NCBI GenBank assembly: GCA_964016885.1
Contig: OZ024754.1
Location: 21,576,001-21,640,000 of the forward strand
Direction: 5' to 3'
Length of the DNA: 64,000 bases
Source: Eledone cirrhosa
Lineage: Eukaryota
Notes under the pieces: model-generated
The model's database searches: none
What the model was told of the DNA's origin: nothing
Seen by the model: only the letters and a program-made list of their open reading frames with translations
In this document: positions 53,721-64,000 of the stretch, piece by piece
Position numbering within the stretch: the first letter of the stretch is position 1
How the letters are laid out: each line of letters begins with the position of its first letter
Position numbers and translations under genes: made by a program

Positions 53721-53869
53721 ATATATATATATATACAAACATATGTATATATATATCTATATATACATACATATGTACATATGTATATATATATATATAT
53801 ATATAGTGGTAGAACACTGGAAGGTAATATCCGTAGTGGTAGAGCACTCAGTCCATGGGACGAGTTAGG

Positions 53870-54019
53870 TAGAAGTGGTTACACAACAGTTAGTTCACCA
53901 TACCGAGAACAATTGTTTCACCTTAGCAGATCCTCAGCTCGTAATGGACATTGTTCTGTATAACCATGTCCATTACTTGTTCTCGGTATGGTGAACTAAC
54001 TGTTGTGTAACCACTTCTA
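53870..54019. mobile_element. Inverted-repeat element (43-bp arms) overlapping a hammerhead ribozyme
   Basis: TAGAAGTGGTTACACAACAGTTAGTTCACCATACCGAGAACAA and its exact reverse complement, with an inner hairpin GTAATGGACAT/ATGTCCATTAC. Confidence 0.8.
53904..53941 (-). ncRNA. Minimal type I hammerhead ribozyme
   Basis: Minus strand CGAG-CTGAGGA-TCTGCTAAGGT-GAAAC-AATT-GTT-CTCG. Stem I is perfect, stem III is palindromic and stem II is weak. Confidence 0.65.
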
Positions 54020-54139
54020 TATATATATATACATACATATGTGTATATATATATATATATACATACATATGTATATATATCTATATATACATACATATGT
54101 ATATATATATATATACATACATATGTATATATACATATA

Positions 54140-55580
54140 TCATCGTCATCATCATTTTACGTCCGCTCTTCCCTGCTTGCAAGGGTGGAACGGGTCTTAT
54201 TCAGCACAGCATCTCTCCACTTGTCACGGTCCTTCGTCATCTCCACCGTGAGCTTCAGCGATCTGAGGTCTGTTCTCACCACCCCCAACCATGTTTTTCG
54301 TCGGTCTCCTCTCCCATACACTACATTCTATCCCTCTCAGACACAGTTTCTCTCTCAACTCATCCATGCTGGGTCGTTCACACACATTGACACTGCACAT
54401 CCAACGGAGCATGCTTGCCTCATATCCTCTGCAGTTGCTGCCCATGTCTCATTACCAAGCAACATCGCGCTCCTCACACAGGCATCATATAACCGGCCTT
54501 TCGTACGCAGGGAGAAACCCTTCTTCGTCAGCAGAGGAAACAGCTCCCTAAACTTCTTCCAACCCGTCCTTATTCTAGATACTATGGCCTCGGAACAGCC
54601 CCCTTTCATGCTAATCTGATCTCCTAGGTACCGGAAGCTATCCACGACTTCTATAGCACCCGCCTGCATTTGAAAAATGTGTCTATCAATGCGACTTCTA
54701 CTGTATACATATTTCTCCCTAGCTGTTAGTTTGCCTGCTATCCCGCTACATCTCTTGTGTACCCGTGCATTTTATAGAATTTATGCCAGTTCCTTTTCTG
54801 CATATCGAATATGGCAATTTCCCTGACGGAATCAGAGTTTTGTCCTCTTTTCTACTCATCAACACTTTTGTCTTAGCTAGATTTACTCTCAGTCCTCTTG
54901 ATTCCAACTGCTGTTTCCATAGCCAGCATTTATTCTCTAGCTCCTCTATTGATTCTGCTATAAGAACCAGATCGTCAGCATAGAGAAGTTCCCATGGACA
55001 GCCAGTCTTAAACTCCTCTGTTATGGCTTGGAGGACTATAATGAAGAAGAGCGGGCTGAGGACCGAACCTTGATGTACTCCTACTTGTATCTGGAATTCC
55101 TCACTAAACTCCATTCCTACCCTGACTTTACTGACAGTACCTCTGTACAAAGTTTGCACTTTCCTCACATGCCATTCCTCAACACCTAGTCTCCTTAGGG
55201 ACCACCAGATGACAGATTGGAGTACCCTATCAAAGGCCTTCTCTAGGTCAACAAAGGCTAAGTAAAGTGGCTTATTTTTCTCTAAGAACCTCTCTTGCAA
55301 TTGTCTCACCAAGAAGAGGGCCTCTGTTGTACTCTTCCCAGGCACAAAACCAAACTGCATCTCATCTAGTTTGACCCTTTCTTTAATTAGTTGTGCTAAT
55401 ATTCTCTCTGCCACTTTCATAACCTGATCCATCAGTTTTATGCCCCTATAATTGGTCCTCTCCAGAGCATTCCCTTTACCTTTGTAGCAATTTATGAGAA
55501 TACTGCTGCACCAGTCTTTGGGTATGACATCACCATATATAGCCTGATTGATGATGTGTGCAACCAGTTTAGTGCCTACG
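54140..55580 (-). mobile_element. 5'-truncated, internally deleted RTE LINE, family A
   Basis: ORF 54746-55432 is near-identical to the RT of 40030-43310, with intact HQGSVLSP and YADD. Confidence 0.93.
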
Positions 55581-55811
55581 TATATATATATATATATTCA
55601 TATGTATGTGTATATATATATATATATATATATACACGTATGTATATATATATATATGAATAAATTTAGTCCTTCATCAGTGATCTTCCAACCTTAATTG
55701 GTATTTCATCGCTTTAATACATACGTATGTATATATATATATTTATATATATATATATATGAAAGACGTAAACAAGAAAATTATGAAAATCGACTTACTT
55801 ACTAAAATTTC

Positions 55812-55892
55812 ACTTCAACTAATTAGTTTCTGTAAGGGAATAAATATGGTTACGGAGCGTACCCACAGAGAAACCTTACGTCATCAGGAAGT
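55812..55892 (-). ncRNA. Type I hammerhead ribozyme
   Basis: Minus strand ACTTC-CTGATGA-C-GTAAGG...CCTTAC-A-GAAAC-TAATTA-GTT-GAAGT. Confidence 0.82.
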
Positions 55893-56449
55893 CTATTCTC
55901 AGCTAAGCTCCCAGGCAATGTGAGGACACTGGGAACTTATATAAAAATAATTCAGTGGATTCTGTGGGTACGCTCCGTAACCATATTTATTCCCTTACAG
56001 AAGTTGGAGTGAAATTTTAGTAAGTCGATTTTCATAATTTTCTTATTTACATCTTTCATATAATTGTTCTGCATCCCCTTGCATAGAACCACAAAGTTAC
56101 TAAGACAAAACATATATTTGCTAGCATAGGTATGCATCTGTATACATATGTTAGTAGATATACTAATTCTTTATAATTATCTCCAAATTATTTGTTGAGC
56201 AAAACTTGCCGAAATTACTACTATGGTTCATGGTATTGGCTAGGCCCTTGTCTTATTAGCACTCCACTCCTCACTGATTAACCTCAGTGTCACGTGATTG
56301 ATTCTTTTGAATTTGCCACTGACCAAGTAGGCAGTGAATTTTTTCAATGTCTTGGAATTTAGTCCCCGCTCGCTTTTTTCCATCCACTGAATTATTTTTA
56401 TATAAGTTCCCAGTGTCCTCGCATTGCCTGGGAGCTTAGCTGAGAATAG

Positions 56450-56530
56450 ACTCCCTGATGACGTAAGGTTTCTCTGTGGGTACGCTCCGTAACCATATTT
56501 ATTCCCTTACAGAAACTAATTAGTTGGAGT
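56450..56530 (+). ncRNA. Type I hammerhead ribozyme
   Basis: ACTCC-CTGATGA-C-GTAAGG...CCTTAC-A-GAAAC-TAATTA-GTT-GGAGT, with the stem III palindrome AACTAATTAGTT. Confidence 0.82.
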
Positions 56531-56777
56531 GAAATTTTAGTAAGTAAGTCGATTTTCATAATTTTCTTATTTACGTCTTTCATATAATTGTTCTGCATCC
56601 CCTTGCATAGAACCACAAAGTTACTAAGACAAAACATATATTTGCTAGCATAGGTATGCATCTGTATGTATATATATATACATATGTATGTATATATATA
56701 TACATATGTATGTATATATATATATATATATACATATGTATGTGTATATATATACATATGTATGTATATATATATAC

Positions 56778-56832
<55 letters not shown>

Positions 56833-56866
56833 TACATATGTATGTATATATACATATATACATATG

Positions 56867-56916
<50 letters not shown>

Positions 56917-56980
56917 TACATATGTATGTATATATATATATACATATGTATGTATATATATATATATATATATACATATG

Positions 56981-57038
<58 letters not shown>

Positions 57039-57056
57039 CATATGTATATATATATA

Positions 57057-57517
57057 TGTAGCGAAATCTGTCCACGCCTTGAACCTCGGGTGACACCTAA
57101 AAGTCAAATTATAGGTCACCATCCTTTCCGGCGTGGACAGGTTCATGCGTGGGCGATCCCTTCGAGGTGGGAGACAGAAAGCGACAGGTATATAAAGACT
57201 GTATGATCCCACGTCTAACATATAGTAGATCGAAACAGTACGCTATAGTATAGCTATGTAAAGATTCACCACAACTACAGGCCGCCGAGGTCTACAGACA
57301 ACCACAGACCATTACTCTCTCTCTCTCTCCTGGTCTCAGACTACACCAGCCTCATGAACCAACAACAAAATAACATCGTCAACCTTCGCAACTCGTGATA
57401 ACTTGTTAATCATTCTTTTTGACTGAAGTGAAGTAAACCTTTTTATATATAAAGTAAATCAGCTATTCCTGTTATTTCATCTAACAACCATTACTAATAC
57501 CTTTGTTACCAACTACA
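57057..57517 (+). mobile_element. Probable solo LTR
   Basis: Begins TGTAG and ends CTACA, about 460 bp. Has TATAAA near 57191 and AGTAAA polyA-like signals near 57432 and 57453. The target duplication is not clean. Confidence 0.5.
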
Positions 57518-57567
57518 AATACCCTTCGTTAAATATATATATACATATGTATATTATATATGTATAT

Positions 57568-58292
57568 ACGATATATTAACAAATGAAAACTATATTTATA
57601 AAACCATATTTATTTCATTATACATATTCCAAGGACACCAAGTTAAATTATTTAAATTATGGTGTGCTTTCATCAGATAAAATATAATATAGAACAGTTT
57701 TATAAATAAATATTGACATACGCTTAAAGAATGCGACCATTTCTGTTGGAAGCTCCCGGATAGTGGGGTTATAAATTTATTTATACTATTATGCAAATAA
57801 GTGTTGGATATTTTAAAATCACAGTAGATTTAAAATAAGCTGTTGGGGTATGGAGAAAGGGAAAGAAAAGAAAGAGAACAAAAGAAAAAAGAGAAAAAGA
57901 GCAAACTCTAAGAGGAAAATAAGAAAACAAGAAAAAGAGAAAGAGAAGAAAAAGAAAAGAGAAAAGAGAAAGAGAAAGAGAAAGCTCTAAGTGATAGGTT
58001 GTTATATTAGCGTAACTTTTAAGATGAAGTGAAAAAATAAATATTTATTGGATGAGTAAAGAAGAGTAAATAAGCGTGAATGGAAAATAAATAAATAACA
58101 GGAGAATTTTAATCAGTGTTTAAATATGATTAAATATTTAGTTTATCAATTAAATTATCCATTAAATTATTGAGATCCATACATTAAAAATTGAGATCTA
58201 TATATTATTAAAACTATATATTATTAAAAAAACTATATACTATTAAAAGAATATATTCATATATATACATACGCACACATACATATATATAC

Positions 58293-58330
<38 letters not shown>

Positions 58331-58783
58331 CTACACATACATACATATACAGACATACAATAAAGGACTTTTTATGTTTAAGATATAGGAATTTTCCTAA
58401 ACTTATAGATTTTTCGGAGAAACCAGAGAAAAAGAACTGGAGAAAATCATTTCTATGTAATAGCAAAACAGCGTGAAGGAAATTAAGTTATTTACTTATA
58501 TCAAATGTTATAAATGTTAAGATAATAAAGGAAATTTAAGATTATACAAACCTTATGTTATTATACAAACCTTAAATTATTTAATAAATTTTTATAAATT
58601 TTATATCTAATAGATCCACCTATTATGTAATTGTGACTGTTATTATATAAGTTTGTTTATCACGAACCTTAAGAAAACCCTTATAACCGAGTGCATTCGA
58701 ATTGTATGTATATATATATATATATACATATATGTCCCCCACATATATACACACAGACACACACACACATACAGGTAGATATG

Positions 58784-58824
<41 letters not shown>

Positions 58825-59670
58825 TTGTTATACTTGGGGAGGGTCATATTCGTGTAATATTGCCAGAATTAATAACAGAACACACTCACTGTTTGGTTGG
58901 TTTTCGCTTCTCGCTGTCTTTTATATCTGCGATCTAACTTACTCGGTCCTCAATGTTGCCATATATATATAGAGAGAGAGCTATACAGTACATAGTATAA
59001 TTGAAGTACATAATATATAAAATAAAATAAAAAATAAAAAATAAAATAAAAATGAATTATATTACGATTTGGAAATATATTCTTACAATTATAAGCAATA
59101 TAACTTTAAAGCAATATAATTTTTAAAAATATTACAGAATATTTTAAGATATAATTTAAAAATAAGAATATGTCTAAAAAAATTCAGCATAAAAATTTAA
59201 ATTTTTACAGAATATTTTAAGATATAATTTTAAAATAAGAATATGTCTAAAAAAATTCAGCATAAAAATTTAAATTTTTTTATATAATATTTAACTCTTT
59301 AGTATGTTTAACTTAATTTTTATAACTATATGGGAAATTTTCAAAGAAGAAGAAAGAGAAACTTTCAAAGAAAATATTTTCCCCTTTTAAGAGCTTTCAG
59401 TATGTTTATCTAGAAAAATTTTTTTAGACTTGAGAGTTTTTTTGCATAATAGTATAAATAACTTTATAACCCCACTATCCGGGAGCTTCCAACAGAAATG
59501 GTTGCATTCTTTAAGGGTATGTCAATATTTATTTATAAAACTGTTCTATATTATATTTTATCTGATGAAAGCACACCATCATTTAAATAATTTAACTTGG
59601 TGTCCTTGAAATATGTATAATGAAATAAATATGGTTTTATAAATATAGTTTCCATTTGTTAATATATCGT
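57568..59670. mobile_element. ORF-less element bounded by inverted pLTR-like repeats of about 230 bp carrying hammerheads
   Basis: 57568-57797 is the reverse complement of 59441-59670. The interior is A-rich and includes a 74-bp tandem duplication at about 59132-59280. Confidence 0.8.
59556..59625 (+). ncRNA. Type I hammerhead ribozyme (the mirror copy at about 57613-57682 has GAAA>GGAA)
   Basis: TTTTAT-CTGATGA-AAG-C-ACACCA...TGGTGT-C-CTT-GAAA-TATGTA-TA-ATGAAA. Confidence 0.72.
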
Positions 59671-59759
59671 ATTTTTACTCCAATAATTTGTTGAGTGCTT
59701 TATATAAGTTATAAAAATATTTGCTTGTTGTATCCCAACAATTTAAATAGAACTTCTAC

Positions 59760-59816
<57 letters not shown>

Positions 59817-59849
59817 TATGTATGTATATATATATATATACATCTATCT

Positions 59850-60042
59850 TAGGCGGGTAAAATTCCTGAGATCCATGGACGAGTTCTCTCCAGCAGTCTC
59901 TGTCCCTCATTATCGCTGCCATGTCCTGCGTCTCCAACAGACCAGTGTCTGTGCTTCGGGCATCAACATACGTTAACCTTGGTCTTCCTCTTCTAGTGTG
60001 TCCATGTAGGGGCTCCCACATGCTCACCGACATCCAGAGTTG
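59850..60042 (-). mobile_element. 3' fragment of a third RTE-like LINE
   Basis: Translates WEPLHGHTRRGRPRLTYVD...DTGL...AAIMRDRDCWRELV. Confidence 0.75.
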
Positions 60043-60139
60043 ACATATATATACATATGTATATATATATATATAAATGAAGTAATTCCGTCGGAAAAGT
60101 CCAGGAAAAAAGAGTGCTCTAGGTAGGTAACAGAGCTTA

Positions 60140-60357
60140 ATAGTTATGTAATAAACAACATAAGGCAATTATTCCATTTACCAGTGGTTTCTTAAAAGCA
60201 AAAAATTTTGCTTTCAATCCTCAGAATGAAAAAATCCTGGTCTCTCTCTCCTGAGACCAGGATTTTTTCATTCTGAGGATTGAAAGCAACATTTTTTGCT
60301 TTTAAGAAACCACTGGTAAATGGAATAATTGCCTTATGTTGTTTATTACATAACTAT
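60140..60357. ncRNA. Near-perfect palindrome (arms of about 105 bp) encoding a hammerhead on each strand (60173-60230 minus; 60267-60324 plus)
   Basis: Plus strand TTCATT-CTGAGGA-TTGAAAGCAA-loop-TTGCTTTTAA-GAAAC-CACTG-GTA-AATGGA, with a mirror copy on the minus strand. Confidence 0.85.
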
Positions 60358-60387
60358 ATGTATATGTATATATATATATAACATATG

Positions 60388-60430
<43 letters not shown>

Positions 60431-60567
60431 ATTAAAATACTGGAGCGTGTTGGAGTTAAACACCCTCTTCGTATTATAGAAATGACAGTATGTATTGAAG
60501 GCTTCTTTGTTTTATTTTCATAATATATATATATATATATATATATACATATGTATATGTATATACA

Positions 60568-60660
60568 TATGAAATAAAGTGTCTTGCTCAAGGAAACAAC
60601 ACATCACCCGGTCCGAGAATTGAACTCACAACCTTTCGATTGCAAGCCTACTGCTCTAAA
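60568..60660 (-). mobile_element. SINE head fragment
   Basis: Near-identical to 36425-36515. Confidence 0.8.
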
Positions 60661-60680
60661 CAACATAAATATATATATAT

Positions 60681-60820
60681 ATATTTCAGAGGTACTGTGC
60701 TGTTTTTTCAGTATGCCCTCATCAGATAAAATATATGAATTGATGTATGACATACCTCAACTGTCTTGATGAGGGCATACTGAAAAAACAGCACAGTACG
60801 TCCGAAATATATATAATAAA
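60681..60820. repeat. Inverted repeat made of two partial hammerhead copies
   Basis: Minus arm TTTAT-CTGATGA-GGGCATACTG..CAGTACCTCT-GAAATATA. Plus arm TTGATGA-GGGCATACTG..CAGTACGTCC-GAAA-TATATA-TA-ATAAA. Confidence 0.7.
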
Positions 60821-60962
60821 ACATATTTTGATTATGTGAACGTATTCATTTATTAATATTTTGAATAATATTACTAACTCCAGAAAACTTCCTTGTAGAG
60901 TGCTTTTAATCTATTGTAAAACTATATTCATTGAGTAATCAATGAATCATATTAATCTTTGG

Positions 60963-61016
<54 letters not shown>

Positions 61017-61136
61017 GGTGTTGGATGCTTAAAGCGTCCGTATCCGGTAGGTCGTTTGAGTACTCGATGCTCTCACAGAGCAGAGTATGATATCACAAAA
61101 AAAGAGAATCAGTGTTGCGACGAATGGAATTTATTG

Positions 61137-61232
61137 GACATATTACAATCGTTTCTCTGGCGACCATCTCGAAGCACGATCGATGTGATGATCGAACTTG
61201 ACTCTGAAAATCGCAAGGTCCTCAGATACGTC
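61137..61232 (-). ncRNA. Hammerhead ribozyme, long-stem-II family, copy 3 (element about 61013-61240)
   Basis: Minus strand GACGTAT-CTGAGGA-[GCGATT/GGTCGC, AAGT/GCTT, CGATC/GATCG]-GAAAC-GATT-GTA-ATATGTC. Confidence 0.8.
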
Positions 61233-61279
61233 TTGATTCTACGAAGCAGATTTTCCAAAATCCATGATTTTTGGAAAAT

Positions 61280-61540
61280 TTTACGTACGCTTTTCCCTGC
61301 TTGCAAGGGTTGGACTAGTGTTTGGCAGTAGCATGTATACTGGTTGGATGCCCTTCCTAACACCAACACCACTTTACAGCATGGACTGGGTGCTTTTATT
61401 CGTGCCACCAGCACTAGAGAGGTCGTCTTACTGGAGTCAGGGGCCCTATCCACCCCTCCATTTTACAGCATGGACTGGGTGCTTTTATTCGTGCCACCAG
61501 CACTAGGGAAGTTGTCTTACTGGACTTCTCTACCCCCGCA
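61280..61540 (-). mobile_element. Bipartite RTE-A derivative (tandemly repeated 5' UTR joined to 3' tail)
   Basis: 61338-61480 matches the RTE-A 5' UTR at 43170-43306, with an internal repeat of about 90 bp. 61281-61315 matches the RTE-A 3' end. Confidence 0.75.
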
Positions 61541-62519
61541 CCAATTTATTCGGAGTGGTGGCTCTCCTAGACGTTGCCAACACTACGACTTACGGAGCCT
61601 CCGTCCACCCCTTGTTTGCTCGATAATATATTCACAAGGGAGTGGTTATCATACAGCGTCGGGCATGTATACCAAACGTGGTGGAGGAGGGATGGTTGGG
61701 AAATGAGAAGGAAATATGGCTATACGCACACATTTAAATATCAACATTCACATCACATATGTCATATATATATACATATATATACAAATCTCATGCAAAC
61801 CGAAAAGTTTGGAGATACGAATAATAATAAACTTTTAATATATATATATATGTGTATGTGTGTTGTTTAAATCACTTTAGTGAATCCTGTACATGTTATG
61901 TCAAATAAATGGTAAACACCTCACCCTACACGCATACAAGATTTATTATACAGCAGCTACACGGGTTTCACACACGATCTATTTATGATATGTATATATG
62001 TGTGTGTGCGTGTATAATAATAATAATTATTATTATTATTATTATGGAATACAGTAGCTAATAAAGAAATATAAACCCTCTAAAATAATTCAAGGAGAGA
62101 AAAATAATTCTAAAAATATGAAAGATATTTGAAATTGGAAGATTTATAATTTGTTTTGTCTGAGATATTTTTACATCTCCCTGTAATAAATAATGAACGA
62201 TCCCATTTTCAAACACAATTATCAATAATTGATTTAATTATCTCTCTTAAAAGATATTCCTTCTTAGTATTAATCCATACGGTAATTTTATCTCAAGTCG
62301 CTATTTTATTTCTATATATATATATATTTCTGTTAATTAACCCAGTACAATTTCTACCCTCTCTCCTTTTCTCTTATTACGCTTAGGTTAATATTTAGAA
62401 CGAAAAACACAAACACGTATATACACACACACACACACACATACATACATATACGTTATTCCGGGTTGAATCGGAGGTAACCACAGTAAGTAAGGTACTC
62501 AATACATAGCAGAGTATAA

Positions 62520-62648
62520 AAGTTTTAATATAGATGAGATTCTACAGGACTAGAACTGTTTCATTCTTTAGAAATCATCAGGATTCCTGATGATTTCTAA
62601 AGAATGAAACAGTTCTAGTCCTGTAGAATCTCATCTATATTAAAACTT
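62520..62648. repeat. Perfect palindrome (63-bp arms, 3-nt loop) centred just upstream of a hammerhead core
   Basis: Arms at 62520-62582 and 62586-62648 are exact reverse complements. Each reads outward as CC-TGATGA-T-TTCT-AA-AGAA-T-GAAAC. Confidence 0.92.
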
Positions 62649-64000
62649 ATATATATAGCAATTTCCTCTTGCTCAAGCATATAATATATGAAACACAAGG
62701 GTAAAAGTTCCTAAGGTACTCTACTCTCTATGTAGTGAAAGAGCACTATTATTTTGGGAGAAATGTAGCTTATGTACTGTGCAGCGGACTTATTGGTGTA
62801 CACACACACGTATATATATACTGTTCCAGCCATACATATATATATTTACATATGCGTGTGTGTACACAACACACTAGTTAACCTTTTTTTTAATCCCTAC
62901 TGAGAGATGATGCTACAGTAATCTACCCGTCAGTGATTTTATATGTATTTTATCTACGAGAGATATTTTAGAGTGATCTCTTTTCATTGAGATCTTATTT
63001 ATAATCTGACAAATTTATGTATATATATAGAATGAGGGTAAGACGAAATTCTTTACAGAATACTGAAGCCTTAGGTAACGCTTTAAATATATCTGAAGCA
63101 AATACAATAAACATTATTAATAACACAATTGAAATGGCAAAATCAGTGTCTAAAAAACTTGAGAATACAATAAAGAAAACCTGTAAATCCTGCAACCATT
63201 TTAGATACATACATTGCTTGAAATTGCCAAAAAAAAAAAAAAAATGCCGGTTTATTGGTAAATAGAAATAAATTGTAGTTAACATTCTAAATATTTTCAT
63301 ACATTATGTCTGCAAAGCTATATTTATGACGAATTGTTGTGTGTAATGTAGAAATACAGATAAAAATGACACTTGGTTTTTAGGTTATAAATATTTGGAA
63401 TATAAACTGTTTTATATGAAATAATCAGCGAAGAATACAATAACATGAGCAAACCATGTTTACAAGATGTTGGTAGAAGTTTAAAGAGGGTCTTAAGTCA
63501 GGTATTATAGAAATGAAAGGTAGGTATAATTCATAAAATCTCTCGTTTTGAGAAATAACTTCAACTTAGTTCCTTCAATTTCTAAATTTCATTAATAATT
63601 TCTGCACGTATAAACATATAATTTTATTAAGAGTAGAAATTTAAAGGGATGACTTTTGTGAAATGTCCGCATTCTGGAGATATTCGTATATATGTCTATG
63701 TGTGCTGACCAAGCAAATAGGAGAACAAATATCTCTTTCACAGACAAAATTATTTTTAAAGAGAAATTTTGTTAGTGGATTTCTTTTTATGAGAAATATT
63801 AGAGGTTAGTATCCCGAGATCGAACGAAAGGGTTTATATGCAGGTGTATGATATTACCTCTGTTGTCAATACAATTTGTCAATAAGAAAAAAAAAATTAT
63901 TTACATAGTCGAACAGGAACAAAAATAAATATATCATTTATTAATTCTTGAAGCTTTGTTTCATTTTTTATTCTTTTCTCGGTGTGTATATTAGTAATAA

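Larger units (their letters stand above)
55761..56670. mobile_element. Rearranged pLTR-like element: one inverted and two direct partial copies of a hammerhead-bearing unit
   Basis: 55761-55960 (-) is the reverse complement of 56382-56581 (+). 55961-56145 (+) repeats 56473-56670 with stem III deleted. (TA)n lies on both sides. Confidence 0.85.

Noticed and set aside
62995-63505. Possible host exons near the right end (ORFs 62995-63300 and 63017-63265, donor-like CAG|GTATT at about 63501)
   Set aside because: No recognisable domain. The nearest acceptor gives stop codons in all three frames, so this cannot be supported without transcript data.

Overview
AT-rich, repeat-dominated animal genomic DNA. 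The SINE and RTE-LINE families and the long (TA)n tracts look like octopus/cephalopod sequence; this is an inference, no search was run. Positions 1-15386 are a 29-bp tandem satellite lying in the last intron of a lamin B receptor/Delta14-sterol reductase-family gene. Its terminal coding exon (15563-15723, ...KYRIFPYIY*) is the only host CDS I can support. The rest is transposable elements: mariner and Tc1/maT DNA transposons, MITEs, non-autonomous Helitrons, SINEs, two RTE LINE families (one copy near-intact, both with a PHD-type finger after the RT core), a Neptune-type Penelope-like element and a probable solo LTR. The most striking signal is absent from the ORF track. About 17 type I hammerhead ribozyme motifs (CUGANGA...GAAA...UH, mostly with paired stem I and self-complementary stem III) occur between 21.6 and 62.7 kb. 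They belong to about ten distinct small non-coding families, are usually next to (TA)n, and are often arranged as inverted repeats or perfect palindromes. Several have 50-105-nt stem II domains and show compensatory base changes between copies. All coordinates and structures were read by eye, so boundaries of decayed repeats are approximate.
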